A stretch of DNA of 64,000 nt from Octopus vulgaris (lineage: Eukaryota). Below the pieces are notes generated by a model. That model saw nothing but the letters and a program-made list of their open reading frames with translations, did not search any database and was not told the origin of the DNA. The stretch lies in NCBI GenBank assembly GCA_951406725.2, contig OX597819.1, positions 101,618,001 to 101,682,000 of the forward strand. The letters run 5' to 3'. A program made the translations under genes and the position numbers. Below are positions 1 to 14,876 of the stretch, one piece after another; position 1 is the first letter of the stretch, and the number at the start of each line of letters is the position of its first letter.

Positions 1-52
1 ATAAGTCTCTCACTCTTTTTCTCTCTCTCTTTCTTGCTCTCTCTCTCTCTCA

Positions 53-92
<40 letters not shown>

Positions 93-624
93 GATTCTTA
101 GTTATACAATAGTATATATACTGCACAAGATGCAAGTATTACCTGGTACACAATTCAATCCATGTGATAGAGTGGACAGACATGTTTATTAGATGGCCGA
201 CTACTCAGGTTTTACTTGTTTTCGTATCCATTAAATACTACAAATCCCTAAATTTCAGCCATAGTTGCGATTAGTCAGCTATCGGGTGAAAATAGTTTTC
301 ACTACAATCATTTTATGTAATAAATGCACACACATGCACGCGCACACACATACCCAGGTGCGCACGCAAGCAAAGACAAACATATACGTACGCATGAATG
401 TAAATTTAATATGAGCCTTCGTCATAGATAACGCTCTTGACATATAATATGTTTCCTCCTCCAGGATCGTCAAAACTGAGTGTTATACGCATACATATTT
501 CATACATATATGTATTAATGTTTGTGCAATATATTTCTCCCTGTATATGTATATAGACTTATGCGTATTTATATGTGTGTATATTTATGTGCATATATAT
601 ATATGTATACACAAACACAGACAC

Positions 625-683
<59 letters not shown>

Positions 684-713
684 TACGTATCTATATGTAT
701 GCATATCTATGAG

Positions 714-775
<62 letters not shown>

Positions 776-2032
776 TGTGTGTGTGCTGGTGAATGTGTAA
801 GTATTTGTGTGTACATATGCATGTATAAATGCTATGAATTATATTCTTTTTCTGTGTGTTTTCGAATATGAGGTTATGCGAACAGATGTCAAGAATCCAA
901 CTCTTAAAATATAATACTTCGGAATTGTAGATTATATTCACACAGGTGCACAGGATCATACACATATACATATTCATGTATGTATTTCTCTTCAGAAACA
1001 CACACAGATGTATGCGTGCGTGCATACTCGTACACATACATTATCATATACAGGCTGCCGTCCTACATTTGTCTGTGTGTGGGCAAATATGGAAATTACG
1101 CTTTGAAATCAAACGTATTCTAATTGTGTTAAGTTGCAAGAAAATCTTGCAAAAAAAATAAAAACAGACACAGTAATATATAATATATGTCGTTGTATGC
1201 TAGTGTACGCATCTCTTTCCCCACCTCTCTTTCTCAATCTCTCACTCTTTTTCTCCTCACACTCTGCACATATATGGCTTCCTCTTTCCCTTTCGGCCCT
1301 TTCATGTATCATGGTGACATATAGTGGGATTTGAGCTTGTTTAACACTTAATCGGCGGGAAAAGATTGCACCATTGTCTACCGAGTCGGAGAGTAAAAAA
1401 AGATATCTCTTTTACTTTAAAGTGATTTTAATAGTAATTTTTAATCTATAATGGTTATTAGATGTTCGCACAAGAAAATTTACATTCTCAATAATGAAAA
1501 GTACCGTTAAAATATTCACTTTACCAAATTTACCGAAAATATTTTTTTACTGAAAAGTTCCTTGAAATATTCACATGCATCAAGCGGAAGCGTAAATTCA
1601 TTTCAGATTCCCGATTTGTGCATATTTATCAGCTGTTTAAGGGTTTGAGTCCTAGAGAAACCATCCCACACAAGAACAATTTCTTCTTCTTCTTCTTCTT
1701 CTTCTTCTTCTTCTTCTTCTTCTTCTTCTTCTTCTTCTTCTTCTTCTTCTTCTTCTCCTTCTTCTTCTTAAAACACAGAGAGAGAGAGGCAAAGACAGAG
1801 ATAGATAGATACAGAAATACAAAAGGAAATGAGGATAGAGAGATAGAGATAAATAGCAAGGAGAGGAGAGAGAGAGGGAGAGAAAGTGTGTATGAATATG
1901 TGTGAGTGAGAATGAAAGAGTGAAAGAGAGTGTGTGAGAGGGAGAGACGAAGGATGATAATCCATACTGATGATTTCAGCACGATTTGAGCTCAGACCTT
2001 AATGAGCGGGAAGCATTAATGCAGAGCAGAGC

Positions 2033-2750
2033 CGGTATCAAAAAATACCCTGAATAGTTCCGTAGCGTGCCAACAGATGGCAACACAAGGTCACGTGTGC
2101 AGTGAGTGCTAGCAGAGACTTTCATGAGGCAATGCGCTGAGTGACATCCCTGTGTTTCGCAAGTTGTGAAATTTGTGTTTTTGTGATCACGTGTACGTTA
2201 TAGTCTGCGATTTTGTCATGGATAGAAGCTAAGAGCCCATGTGAAATTTTGCGTTAAACTTGGAAAGTCTGCTACAGAAATATTGAACATGTTTCGGCAA
2301 GCATACAGCAAGGAGGCAATGGGTCGTACGCACGGGAGTCTGAAAGGCGGAAAATCGTTCTACGATGAGTGATATGGAAAAAGAGCCACAAGCGTCATCT
2401 CCAGAAATGTGGAATTGTACATCGAGAATTCGTCCTCCAGGGCCAGACAGTCAATCGAAAGTGTTACTGCGACGTTTTGAAGCGTCTCAGGGAGGGCATT
2501 CGGCGAAAGCAACTGGATCTCTGGAGCGCGAAGAATTGGGTTTTACAGGATGACAAAGCACTCTGTCACCGAGGTCTCGTCACTATTGAGCCTCTCGCCA
2601 AAAACAACATGGTATCACTTCCGCACCCGCCCCATTCGCCAACTTTAGTACATGCAGGCTTCCATCTCTTCCCCAAGATGAAAATGCAGCGCAAAGGTCG
2701 GTGTTTTTAACACCGTTGTCGAGATACAGGGAAAATCGAAGAAGATTCTA
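2033..2750 (+). mobile_element. Internally deleted, decayed mariner (Tc1/mariner) transposon
   Basis: N-terminal remnant VKFCVKLGKSATEILNMFRQAYSKEAMGRT near 2240-2330. Catalytic-region remnant in ORF 2369-2710: GIVHREFV..GQTVNRKCYCDVLKRLREGIRRK..WVLQDDKALCH..HPPHSPTL..FHLFPKMK, matching degenerate HDNAPAH and YSPDLAP motifs. Confidence 0.9.
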
Positions 2751-2784
2751 GTATCTATTGCTCTAACAAATTAGCTAATTGAGC

Positions 2785-2815
<31 letters not shown>

Positions 2816-2924
2816 GCAAGTACACACATACACACGCAAACATACAGACACACACACACACACATACAAACATAGAAGTAGATATAAATAGATAGAAATA
2901 TATACATATATAAAAATATAAATA

Positions 2925-2963
<39 letters not shown>

Positions 2964-2969
2964 CTCATA

Positions 2970-3385
2970 TACTCTTTCAATTGTTTCAGTCATTTGTCTG
3001 CGGCCATGCTGGAGCACCGATTTTAGTTGTACAAATTGACCACTGGACTTATTCTTTGTAAGCCTAGTAATGTTCTATCGAACTCTATTGCGGAACCGCT
3101 AAGTTACGGGAACGTAAACACACCAACTTCGAGTGTCAAGCTACGGTGGGGGAGACGAAGACAGATATACAAATACACACACACACATACACACACACAC
3201 GCACGCATATACATATATACGACGGGCTTCTTTCAGTTTCCGTCAACCAAATCCATTCACAATGCTTTGAACGGCCCGATGTTATATTAAAAGACACTTG
3301 CCCAAGATGCCACGCAGTGCAACTGAACCTAGAACCATGTGGTTGAGAAGCAAGCCTCTTACCACACCGCCACTCCTTCGCCTAT
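2970..3385 (-). mobile_element. tRNA-derived SINE (major octopus family with internal CA/TA microsatellite)
   Basis: Homologous along its length to copies at 24373, 27241, 35093 and 37638. Head (reverse complement) ggcgaaggagtggcggtgtggtaag, tail ...gactgaaacaattgaaagagta. Confidence 0.85.
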
Positions 3386-3472
<87 letters not shown>

Positions 3473-3611
3473 GACCGCCAGTGAGTGTAGATATGTAATG
3501 TCTTATGTAAATATTTGTCTTTGTATGCGAGTAGTTTCAGACATATATATGTGTGTGTGTATGTATGTATGTATATACACACATATATATATGCATGTGT
3601 ATGTATGTATG

Positions 3612-3643
<32 letters not shown>

Positions 3644-4164
3644 TAAAATTATATATATATATTTATATATATATATATATATATGCACATATATATATAT
3701 ACGTATGTATTACACAAATACCTATGTAAGTGTGTATATGTGTAATATGTGTTATGCACGTATATTTGTGTGTGTTTACGTGTGTATGTTATGGCTGCGC
3801 GTGCGCATTTAGATATAATATGTACTATGCTTTTACGAAATAGTGTGAACTCTATACTAGTCGCACATCTGACAAGGAAAACCTGCAGAACAGGTGTCGT
3901 TTGGCTTACATTTCACAGTCACGTCGTTGCAAATATTCAGATACCAGTTCTGCGACAAGCTCGTCTCAAGTGTCACTTATGGCAGCTAATATTTTTCAAG
4001 ATTAAATGGCTTTCAGAATAACCTCAAAACAGTTTGGTAATATATTCTTCTCTTATGTAAACACGTGTGCTCACACGTACACGATATAAAACCAGCTAGA
4101 ATAAAACATGTGTAGTTATTTCCTTTCCAACAGAGGTGAAATCAAGTTTATAAATAAAATATGG

Positions 4165-4263
<99 letters not shown>

Positions 4264-4336
4264 TATATGTATGTATGTATATGTATGTATATATACATAA
4301 ACACATATATATATATTTGTATATACGTAATATATT

Positions 4337-4376
<40 letters not shown>

Positions 4377-4608
4377 ATATATGTGTGCACATATGCGTAC
4401 ATATGCATATGTGTGTGTGTGTCTGTGTGTTTGTGCGTGTGTATTTAACTGAATGAAATTCACTCTTAATCTAATTTTCACGTTTTATTATTTGCAGGTT
4501 TTACAATTTCCCAATATTGAATTAAACTAGTACTTTCATGTGTTACGCAGTCATCAGGTTATGTCGTGACAGTCGTGTTCCACAATTGAAAACTTTCAAT
4601 TATATATA

Positions 4609-5840
4609 CTAGGGGTTTTCACTAAAGATTTCCCTTGACCCACTTTCGCTAAGTGCAGGTAACGGAACTTGTACGGGTATAATCATACATGTCTCTTTAT
4701 GTCACCTTATAAATTGTAGCTTTCTTCTAGTATTCGTTTGTCGTTTACGGCTGCTGACGTGGACTCTAATGGAGGCGGTTGAATGCAGATCAGTTGTCAG
4801 GTTCTTATTATTGAAAGGCCATACACCAAAAAGACTTTCGATGAGATGTAAAGAGCTTATAGTGATGATGAGCCATCATACGACGTAGTAAAGCACTGGC
4901 ATCACCAATTGAAATGTGGTGAGACATCAGTGGAAACTGCTCCAATTCCTAGACGACCACTTTACACCATCATTGATGACGACCCCATTCATAAAGTGGA
5001 AGCCGCCATTTTGGAAGTTCTTCACATAACTATTCGGAAACTACTCCAAGAAGTGGAGATAAGTGTATGGTGCATGGAAAAAAATCATTCACGACGATTT
5101 GCACATGCGGAAGTTATCTACACGATCGATTCCCCGGATGCTCACAGCTTTCGAGAAGCAGGAACGAGTCAGTTGCTCCAAGGCTCTTTTGGCAATATGT
5201 AAAGAAAACGCGGAGGAATTTTTTCAGCTGACACACCACACAGGACGAAATATTATCCTAAGACTAAAGTCTAGTCAAAGCAATGGAAGCAATTGCATAC
5301 ATAAGCATACATAAGCATACATAACTCACCACCTGCAACGGAGGATCGTGTCCAACCCTCATCCAGCAAGGTGATGCTCGCAGTCTCTTGGGACCAGCGC
5401 AGAGTAATGTTGATGGATATTCTGGCAAAGGACACCACAATTAACGGGGCATATTATGCTTCTGGCTTCAGAAATTACAGGAAGCCATGAAAGCAGAGAG
5501 GCGTGACATGTTGATCATAGGAGTCCACCCTCTCCAAGACAAGTCTTGGAGAAGGTGGACTCAATTGTTCAGCAGGAGAAGGTAGACTCCAATACGTAGT
5601 CTTTTTGAAGGGGAAGCACTTTTCAGATGATGATGGTCATATTTCTGAGGTAAAGTCTTCGCTCCAGACACAACTTACCCACATCTCCAGCCGAAGTTTT
5701 CTCGGTTGCATAAAAGCGATGAGAGAAGTGTGTCACCATTGATGGTGGCTATGTAGAGGAGGACTAATAAGTACGCCAAGTTTCGTTTATCCCATTCCTT
5801 GGGAAGTGGGTCAGGGAAAATCTTTAATGAACACCCTTTG
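4609..5840 (+). mobile_element. Near full-length decayed mariner transposon with about 40-bp TIRs
   Basis: Left end TA|ctaggggttttcactaaagatttcccttgacccactttc matches the reverse complement of 5801-5840. Transposase pseudogene from ATG 4769 (MEAVECRSVVRFL..VKHWHHQLKCGETSVE..RRP; IIHDDLHMRKLSTRSIPRML as WVPRLL-like; KVMLAVSWD..TINGAYY) to DGGYVEED* at 5767, with frameshifts and stops. Confidence 0.92.
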
Positions 5841-5865
5841 TGTGTGTACATGTATATATAATGTA

Positions 5866-5901
<36 letters not shown>

Positions 5902-6264
5902 TGTATGTATGTATGTATGTATGTATGTATGTGCATACAATTATATATCAACAGACACTATATAAAGTCAAGACATCATTGACTTAATGCATCCAGTCTG
6001 GTTTAGCTGACCAAATTTCGAATTCACTGTCAAAATATTTTTCCTAATGAAAATTAAATTTGTAACTCTAATCAGTAAGGTGTTACGTTTCAGATTACTC
6101 TAAGATATTCCTTTATTATAGCTGAACTCTTAAATAATACGTTTGCATATAAAAATATGCATACACACACATACATATAAACATACATATATATTTTTTA
6201 TTCCTTTACTTGCTTTATTCATTCGACTGTGGCCATGCTGGAGCACTCCTTTTATGTATATGTA

Positions 6265-6297
<33 letters not shown>

Positions 6298-7806
6298 GCG
6301 TGTGTGCGTGTGTGGGGGTGTGCGTTTGTGTGCATGTGTGTGCATGTATGTATATACATATGTATGTATATATGCGTGTATATATATATATTTGTGTGTA
6401 TATATATGCTTGATTTTGTGGAACTCTTTTTGCTCCTGTACTCCATACTACAATCTTTTTTAATGATATGAACTTTATCGACATAATTTTTTGTTTGAGG
6501 GGATTAAGAAAGAAATTTTTTTTAGTTGGTTGACATTTTATTTTATTTAGACGCTTTAAAATTTTGAGTCTATTGTGTATACCTCCTTCAGAAGCCGTTC
6601 TATATATCTGTATTTTTATTCGCATACATATTTTTACCTTCTGTTTTACATATATGGTTTATGTTTCAAGGCCATGGTAATAATTATATATGATCAAATC
6701 CTTGGAGGCGTGGTGTTATATATAAAGTCTTTGACTCGAATTTGATGTTTGTTCTCTGATCAATGTATATGTGTATATATATATGTATATATATATATAC
6801 ATATACATGTGGTTGGTTGCAGAAACCTTGAGTTAGAAGCATTGTGGGAAGAAGAGCCAAGTTCTAGATTGAGTTTGTCAAAGTTTTATCATTCCATAAT
6901 TATCTTCGTAAATTTTTGTATGTGCAGTATTCGATTAGTGCACACGCACACACATGCATATATATATTTTCGATTGCAGACCCACAAACACATATCAATT
7001 AACACATCTGTTTATAATACATGTTTACATTAATGTATGCATGTATGTGTGTATATGTGTGTGTATGTGTATCTGGGTGCATGTATGTGTGCAATGCTAT
7101 CTTATATATGTGTGCTTGTGTCCTTATATTTATGTATTTATGTATATGTGCACGCATCCAAGTGTTTGCCGCCGTAAGTTCCCGGCCGTTTAAAAACCGC
7201 TGTTGGATATTTCATGCCTCTGCAAATTATCATTTTGGCCAAAATTGACCAACACGATGAATCACAGATTTAAAAATAAGAACTCCTCTTCTGTTTCATT
7301 GTATTTTTTTTTATCTACGTAAACGTTAAAGATCGTGCCACACCATGGCCGCTGTCCAATGATTAAAACTCGTAAATGAATATGAGAATTAAAGTATACA
7401 GAAATAAGCATACATACGTACATACACACATACATACTTGCATGCATACATACATACATACATACATACATACATACAGACTTACATTCATACATACATA
7501 CATACATACATACATACATACATACATACATACAAATATACTTAGATGCAAACATACGCACACACATATACATGTCTACACAGTCGCACTCATATTTACA
7601 CACATATATATTTACATGTATATTCAAATTTGTCCTTGGTTTAGTTTTTGTATTTACACAAGTATATATTACAATATAAACAAATAAATGCAGTTTTTGT
7701 ATGGATGCTAGTGTTTCTATAAGTTTATAGTGCAATCTTGTTTCTGTTTCTCTCAGAATACAAACTCTGGCAGAAAGAATTAGGATGTCGTAATTTCTTT
7801 ACTTGT

Positions 7807-8080
7807 GAAGGTGCAATGGCCCAGTGGTTAGAGCAGCGGAATCGCGGGTTCGAATCTCAGACCGGGTGATGTGTGTGTTTATGAGCTAAACACCTAAGCT
7901 CCACGCAGCTCCGGCAGAAGGCAAAGGTGAACTTCTGCTGACTCTTTCGCCACAACTTTCTCTCACTCTTTCCTCCTGCATCTTGCAGCTCACCTGCGAC
8001 GGACCGACGTCCCGTCCAGGGGGGGAACCTATACGCCATGGAAACTGGGAAACCGGCCCTTATGAGCCAGAGAAGGAACA
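7807..8080 (+). mobile_element. tRNA-derived SINE with Meta/V-like central domain
   Basis: A box tggcccagtgg and B box ggttcgaatc. The downstream cctgcgacggaccgacgtcccgtccagggggg..ggaaactgggaaaccggccc is related to the tail of the element at 63405-63628. Confidence 0.75.
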
Positions 8081-9435
8081 AATACTATGGTTGCGGAGGA
8101 TCGCGGTTTCAATTCCCAGACCGCTCCAATTGCTTCATAAAAAATTGACATTAGCCTTTAAATTTTTTATCCTTATGAAGAAGACCAATTTTGGGAAACG
8201 ATATGTCTGTCAATCCATACTGGAAAGGAATACAGCATCATTACTTGTTTTTCTTCTTTCTTATCTTATTAACATGTTCTTCATCTCACGTAACACCCTT
8301 GGTATACGATCTTTCCTTTCCAGAACTCACTGAGCTAGCCCTCCAAAAGTTTGAAATAGGACTTCAAGCTTCGCAATTGCTTGAGATTTATCATTGTTTC
8401 GTTGTTTGGTGTTGTTTTTTGTCTGATTTTATTCTTGTTACTGTTTTGCCTCAAATGCAGCTGATCTCAGGCACAAACGCATTTGAATCCATGACAAAAC
8501 TACTTTTGATACAGTAATTATACGTCCTCGTTGGACAATATATTCTTCAGCTACTTAAAGTATATATGGTCCATCAGAGGAACGTCTGCGCATTCGGAGG
8601 ACTAGCTAATTATAGCAGTCAAGCTTCTCTCAAACAGTAGCTTGGAGCCTTATACTATTTGTCTCTTTAAAACGAATGCTGAAGAAATTCTAATGATAGA
8701 CGAAGCTAGTCTAAACAATCTTTCATATCAGTAGCAGAGAGCTCCATAGATTAACCGCGATAATTATTTCAAATGCCAGGCAAAATTTGTTTATTACGGT
8801 AGCAAATTTTACACACACACACACACACACAACTTACATGATACAATAATATCAACAGATTAATAATTAATTACTACAGACGCCATGGATGGGACATTAG
8901 AACACCGAATACAGCACTGTTAGCCCTGAGAGATCAAGTCATACAGACACTTGGCGCATAAAAGTACACACATAGATGGTTGCACACGAAATCTATATAC
9001 GAATATGTGTGCTTGATGCGCCAAGCACCCATATGAGAGGATCAATCAAATCTACTAACGCAGAATTCGGTATTCTAATGAGGCATCCCTGTTACGTTGC
9101 ACATAAACACAAACGGATGCTATATTTGTTTTAGTCGAGATGGTGTCTTGCTACACATAGTATCACCTGCAGGTGCACAAGGGCCTTCAGCATATATAGT
9201 ATAATTAATACAAGAGATATCCTATATTGACTTTGTACTCATTGTTGCTTTACAAGCTTTCGATACGATTAACGTGTTTGTTTCATTGCAGTGTGTTGCA
9301 ATTTATAGTAAATATTTTAGTGTGATACTCGACGCAATGACAGTGCAAAATTAAGAATTAGAGATTGCTGCTATAAGTTTATACAAAATAACTGAATAAA
9401 GGTATTGAAAATACAAAAAGAAAACAAGATAAAAC

Positions 9436-9540
<105 letters not shown>

Positions 9541-9668
9541 AAGATATAGATACATACATGTATGTATGTATCTATATATCTATCATATATATATATATAT
9601 ATATATACACACATGTATATATATATTGTATGTATATATATATATATAGGAGAGAGAGAGAAAGAGAG

Positions 9669-9708
<40 letters not shown>

Positions 9709-9763
9709 GTACATATATCTACGCATATATATATACATATTTATATATGTATATATATTTTAT

Positions 9764-9805
<42 letters not shown>

Positions 9806-10264
9806 TGTATGTATTTATATACATAGATACAAGCATATTTATGCGTGCGCATGTGTACAGCTATATCGTTCTCGTTATCTCTATCTTGTCCTTTATCTTA
9901 ACTATAGCTACAATTGCATAATTTAAACGTGCTTATTTATGAAAATTTGGAGCAGAAATATAAAAGAATAAAAATATAATTTTTATCACTTCTGTTTACG
10001 CAAGAAAAAGTGGTAAAATGTGATCTGCTTACCATTTCTCTTATATTTATAAAATTTAGCTATTGTCGGTAAATATTCATAGAGGTAGAGATTAGTGAAG
10101 GGTCGAATGATAAGGAATGAGAATATATCATAAATACGCATATTTTAGAAGTATGTACATATGCACCCCGGTTTCTGATTAAAGGTTTATTTTAGAAGCT
10201 ATATGTTTGTGTATGTGTATATATATGCATGTGCATGTTAGTGAATATGTGTGTGTGTCTGTGA

Positions 10265-10317
<53 letters not shown>

Positions 10318-10461
10318 TGGTTCAGAGAATAGAGTTTTAAACCCTGTGAAATGCAAGGCAATTAATACAGATTGTGTTTGTATAAAATTTTTAATCTTCG
10401 GATTTTTTTAAATATGCTAGGCCACTGGTTTTAATTGATTAATATCAATTTCTACCCTTAT

Positions 10462-10515
<54 letters not shown>

Positions 10516-10605
10516 TTAATAATAATCAGGAAAACGGAGGTAGTTCCACATCTATAATTCTATTAGACATTTTTTCACAGCATTCATTTGTGGACATGCG
10601 CTCCC

Positions 10606-10704
<99 letters not shown>

Positions 10705-11196
10705 TGTGTGTGTGTGTGTATGTGTGTGCTGTATGTATGCTTTCGAAATGTGATAATTCAAGAACGTATCGGCGTGTACGATGCTTCTACAGAAAACTGA
10801 AAGCACAATTTCCGTTCGTCCGAGTATGTCGCAAGGTTCACCGACAACAGGTGGTCACGTGCAATCGGAAAAAAGGTGACTTGCAAGGCCTCCACGTCGA
10901 TGAGAACTCAATCTAGTTAAGCAATTTGGGTCGATGGAACAGAATAGCGCAATCAAGACGGTATTGGAAGAGCATAGTGATCAGTGGTGTATAACATCAT
11001 CTAATGATTCTGGTCCACACACACACACACATACACACACACAGACACACACACATATACATACATACATACATCCATACATACACACATACATACAAAA
11101 TACCCTGTATTTCATGTTGAAATTCCAATGCAGGAGCCTCGAATCTCGGTTAGAGACCGGTTCTTTCTCTATTGGAAAGAAATCTTTAAATAGAAC

Positions 11197-11229
<33 letters not shown>

Positions 11230-12091
11230 CATAAAAGCAACAGAATGATACTAATATATAATACATACTTTATATAATATAAAATAATATCATATATAGA
11301 GTTGATAGATGAGAATCGGATATTCTCCATATAGAATACACTTAGTACTGCTCTAGAGGTTTAAAATTGATCGGGTAGCGGAATAAATGTAAGGATAAGC
11401 AATTGAAGCAGGTCGAAATACAAGGAATACTAAATACATTAAATACAACACTAGTATATATATTAAGATACACATATATATGCATGTCTACACATATATA
11501 TATAAATCTATTCAGTTGATATTTTTTCTCCACTCAAGAAGCATTTAGATTTACTGAATCGCAATTTCGCAATTAAAATTCTTAAACAAAATCTTGCATG
11601 GCTGAACCCAAGAGTTTCCAGACTAAGCGAAGAATCAGTCTTCGCTGCAGTTTCAAATTTTAACACGCTTCAAAGATTCCCAAGAAATAAAGAACGTAGG
11701 AGATGTTACTTTTAAAATAACTTTTTTTTATATGCCGCTCATCTCATACATTCATTCGTAATACCTTTATATATATAGACACGTACACACATAGCTATAT
11801 GCTACATGCATAGATAGATATCAAGGATTATACTCACGTATACTACACTCATGAACATATTGAATGTACACACAAATGCATATCGGTATATACACATAAA
11901 TACATGCATATAAACATACACACATATATACATATATTGGCGTCTGAATGTTTGTACCTTCGTTCAAATGAAACTGATATATATGTGTGCGTGTGTATGT
12001 GTGTGTGTGTGCGTGTATTTCTATATACAAACATACATATTTACACACGCACATACACATGTGCATACACAAGCACACACAGACTCACGCA

Positions 12092-12127
<36 letters not shown>

Positions 12128-12178
12128 ATATACACACACACATATGTATATATATATACATATGTATATGTATATATG

Positions 12179-12281
<103 letters not shown>

Positions 12282-12399
12282 GTGTGTGTGTGTTTGCATA
12301 TGTCAACCTATGTGTGCGACGTGCGTGCTTTTGCGCATTAAAACGCACACAGATATACACACCCACAAACATACATATTTATATACTCACCATGACAAC

Positions 12400-13224
12400 A
12401 GTAGCTCCTCCCCAGAGAATGCATGCAATTGAGAGAAAGAATCGTCAAAAAATAATGGAAACTAAATTTCAACAATATTATTTTTTTATCGTTATTGCTA
12501 TTATCATTGTTATTGTTGTTGTTGTTGTTGTTGTTGTTGTTCTTGTTATAGCTATCTATTTTGTTTTTGTTTTTTTGTTTTTAATTCCAATAGTTATTGT
12601 TAGCTTGTTTGTTAGTTTTGTTCCTCTTTTAATCAAATTAATGATGTGGAAATGTTTTGTAGAGAACAAGAGAAAAAGACGTTTCTACCAACACACACAC
12701 ACAATCACCACCACCATCGCAGTCTCCTCCGCCACATCAAGCATACACGCGCGCACACGCACACAATTACATATAAGCTCGCCACCGCCAGCTCCGATGC
12801 CACCGCTGCCTCAGTCAGCACCAGCACTTGCACCACCAGCATCACCACACGCAGCAGTACCATGAGAGAACACGCACATACGAAAACGTACAGGTACACA
12901 TTCACACACACACACACACACACACACATAACAACTCAACCAGACACACAGGGAATCAACCTGACATACATTCAGAAACATCCACAACGAAGAACACATA
13001 GTATATATATATATATATATATATATTATTTATGTATGTATGTATATATGTACGTGTGTAGGGATAAATAGATAGATAGATAGATCCATATATATACATA
13101 TATATAAATATGCATATATATATATACATACATGCATACATGCTTATATATATACATGCATACATATACAGACCCAATTACACATCGAAACACACATACA
13201 CACACACTCACACACACATTAATA

Positions 13225-13269
<45 letters not shown>

Positions 13270-14309
13270 ATATAGAAAGAAAGAGAGGGAGACATACATA
13301 AATATGTACGTACATACGTACATACATGTGTACATGTATACATCCTACATACATACATAAAGAATCTACGTACATACATAAATACATACAAACGCATTCA
13401 TGCATACACACATAAATACATACATACACACATAAATAAATACATACATACATACATACATACATACATACATACATAAATACATACATACATACATACA
13501 AACATACATACGTGCGTATGTACTTACGTACGTACTCACATACTCGAAGCCACACACATCTACACGCAAAAGCGAAAATAAAGGAAGAGATGGTATAAAA
13601 AAAATATATGCACCACATTTATAAGAGAAAACACAAAACAATCCAAGCACAAGACCCATCCCACACCCGTTTGATGCGGCAGCGGCACCCTAACTACCTT
13701 GCAACCCTCCATTGAATAACAAACATACTACACTCTATAAAGATCATTTCTTTATTATGGTTGAAGGGGTAGGCTGGTTTCCGCATTTATTTTATTTTTG
13801 TATTTATTTATATTCAACATATTTTTCTTTTCCCAATTTGACATAATTTTTTACGCTTCCTTGATTTTGATTTTTAAATATATTTTTACCAATTTGTTTT
13901 TCTGTTTTTTTTTTTTGGGTTTTTCTATTTCATTTTGATATTTTCGAATTGTGTATTAAGGTTTTATTTATTTATTCTTTCATTTTACTCTCTATTTCTT
14001 TTTTTATATGGAGAGCTTGTTTGTTTGTTTGTTTGTTTGTTTTATCATATTTTTTTTTATCTTTCTCCGTTTGCGGTTGAAAGAGTTGAATAGAATTAAC
14101 AAAATGCAAACAACAAGAGCAAGAGGTAAAACAATAACAACTTTAAGAATTCACATTGACATTAACAATAATAATAACAACAACAACAGAAACAGCAGTG
14201 CCGACGGTATTAATAACAAAAATAACCACCACCACCAGCAACAACAACAACGGCAACATCTCTACTATCACCTCCACCGTCATCGGCGACCAAAAGCTAT
14301 GACAAAAAC

Positions 14310-14342
<33 letters not shown>

Positions 14343-14845
14343 TACAACAGTACTCATATAGCAAGAAGAAAAATCAAGAAAGGGTAAGAGAAAGGAAAAA
14401 GAAAAAGAAGAAATAGAAGTGAGGGAGGAGGAAGGAAAAGAAGTAACACCTCCCAGCCCCCGCCTTTGCCAAAGTTAACGTTTTCATGTAATTATTATTT
14501 TGCCTTCATTATTTTCTTTTTTAATTATTTTCAGCGGGAAATCTCAACCATGAATGAATGAGAAAAAAATGATGATATGACGATAAAAAAAAAAGACTAA
14601 ACATCAAAAATATAACATCTGAATGAATAATAATAGTGATAAACACGATGATGATGATGATGATGATGATATGAATAATTATAATAATCATAAGGATTTC
14701 TGCATTTTGCCACAAGAGCGACAAGAATGGGGAATATTACAAAAATGGATTACAAAACGGAGGGGTGTCTTTTTACATTCAGTGGAAAGATTTTAACAAT
14801 GTCTTCATTCTCTTTTTTTAAATATAATAATAATAATAATAATAA

Positions 14846-14876
<31 letters not shown>

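Noticed and set aside
3885-3955. Imperfect hairpin gcagaac-ggtgtc/gatacc-gttctgc as a pre-miRNA
   Set aside because: Stem too short, loop too large, no known mature miRNA recognised.
7807-7870. tRNA-like A and B boxes (also near 47120-47192 and 52780-52853)
   Set aside because: No complete cloverleaf; these are SINE heads continuous with SINE bodies.
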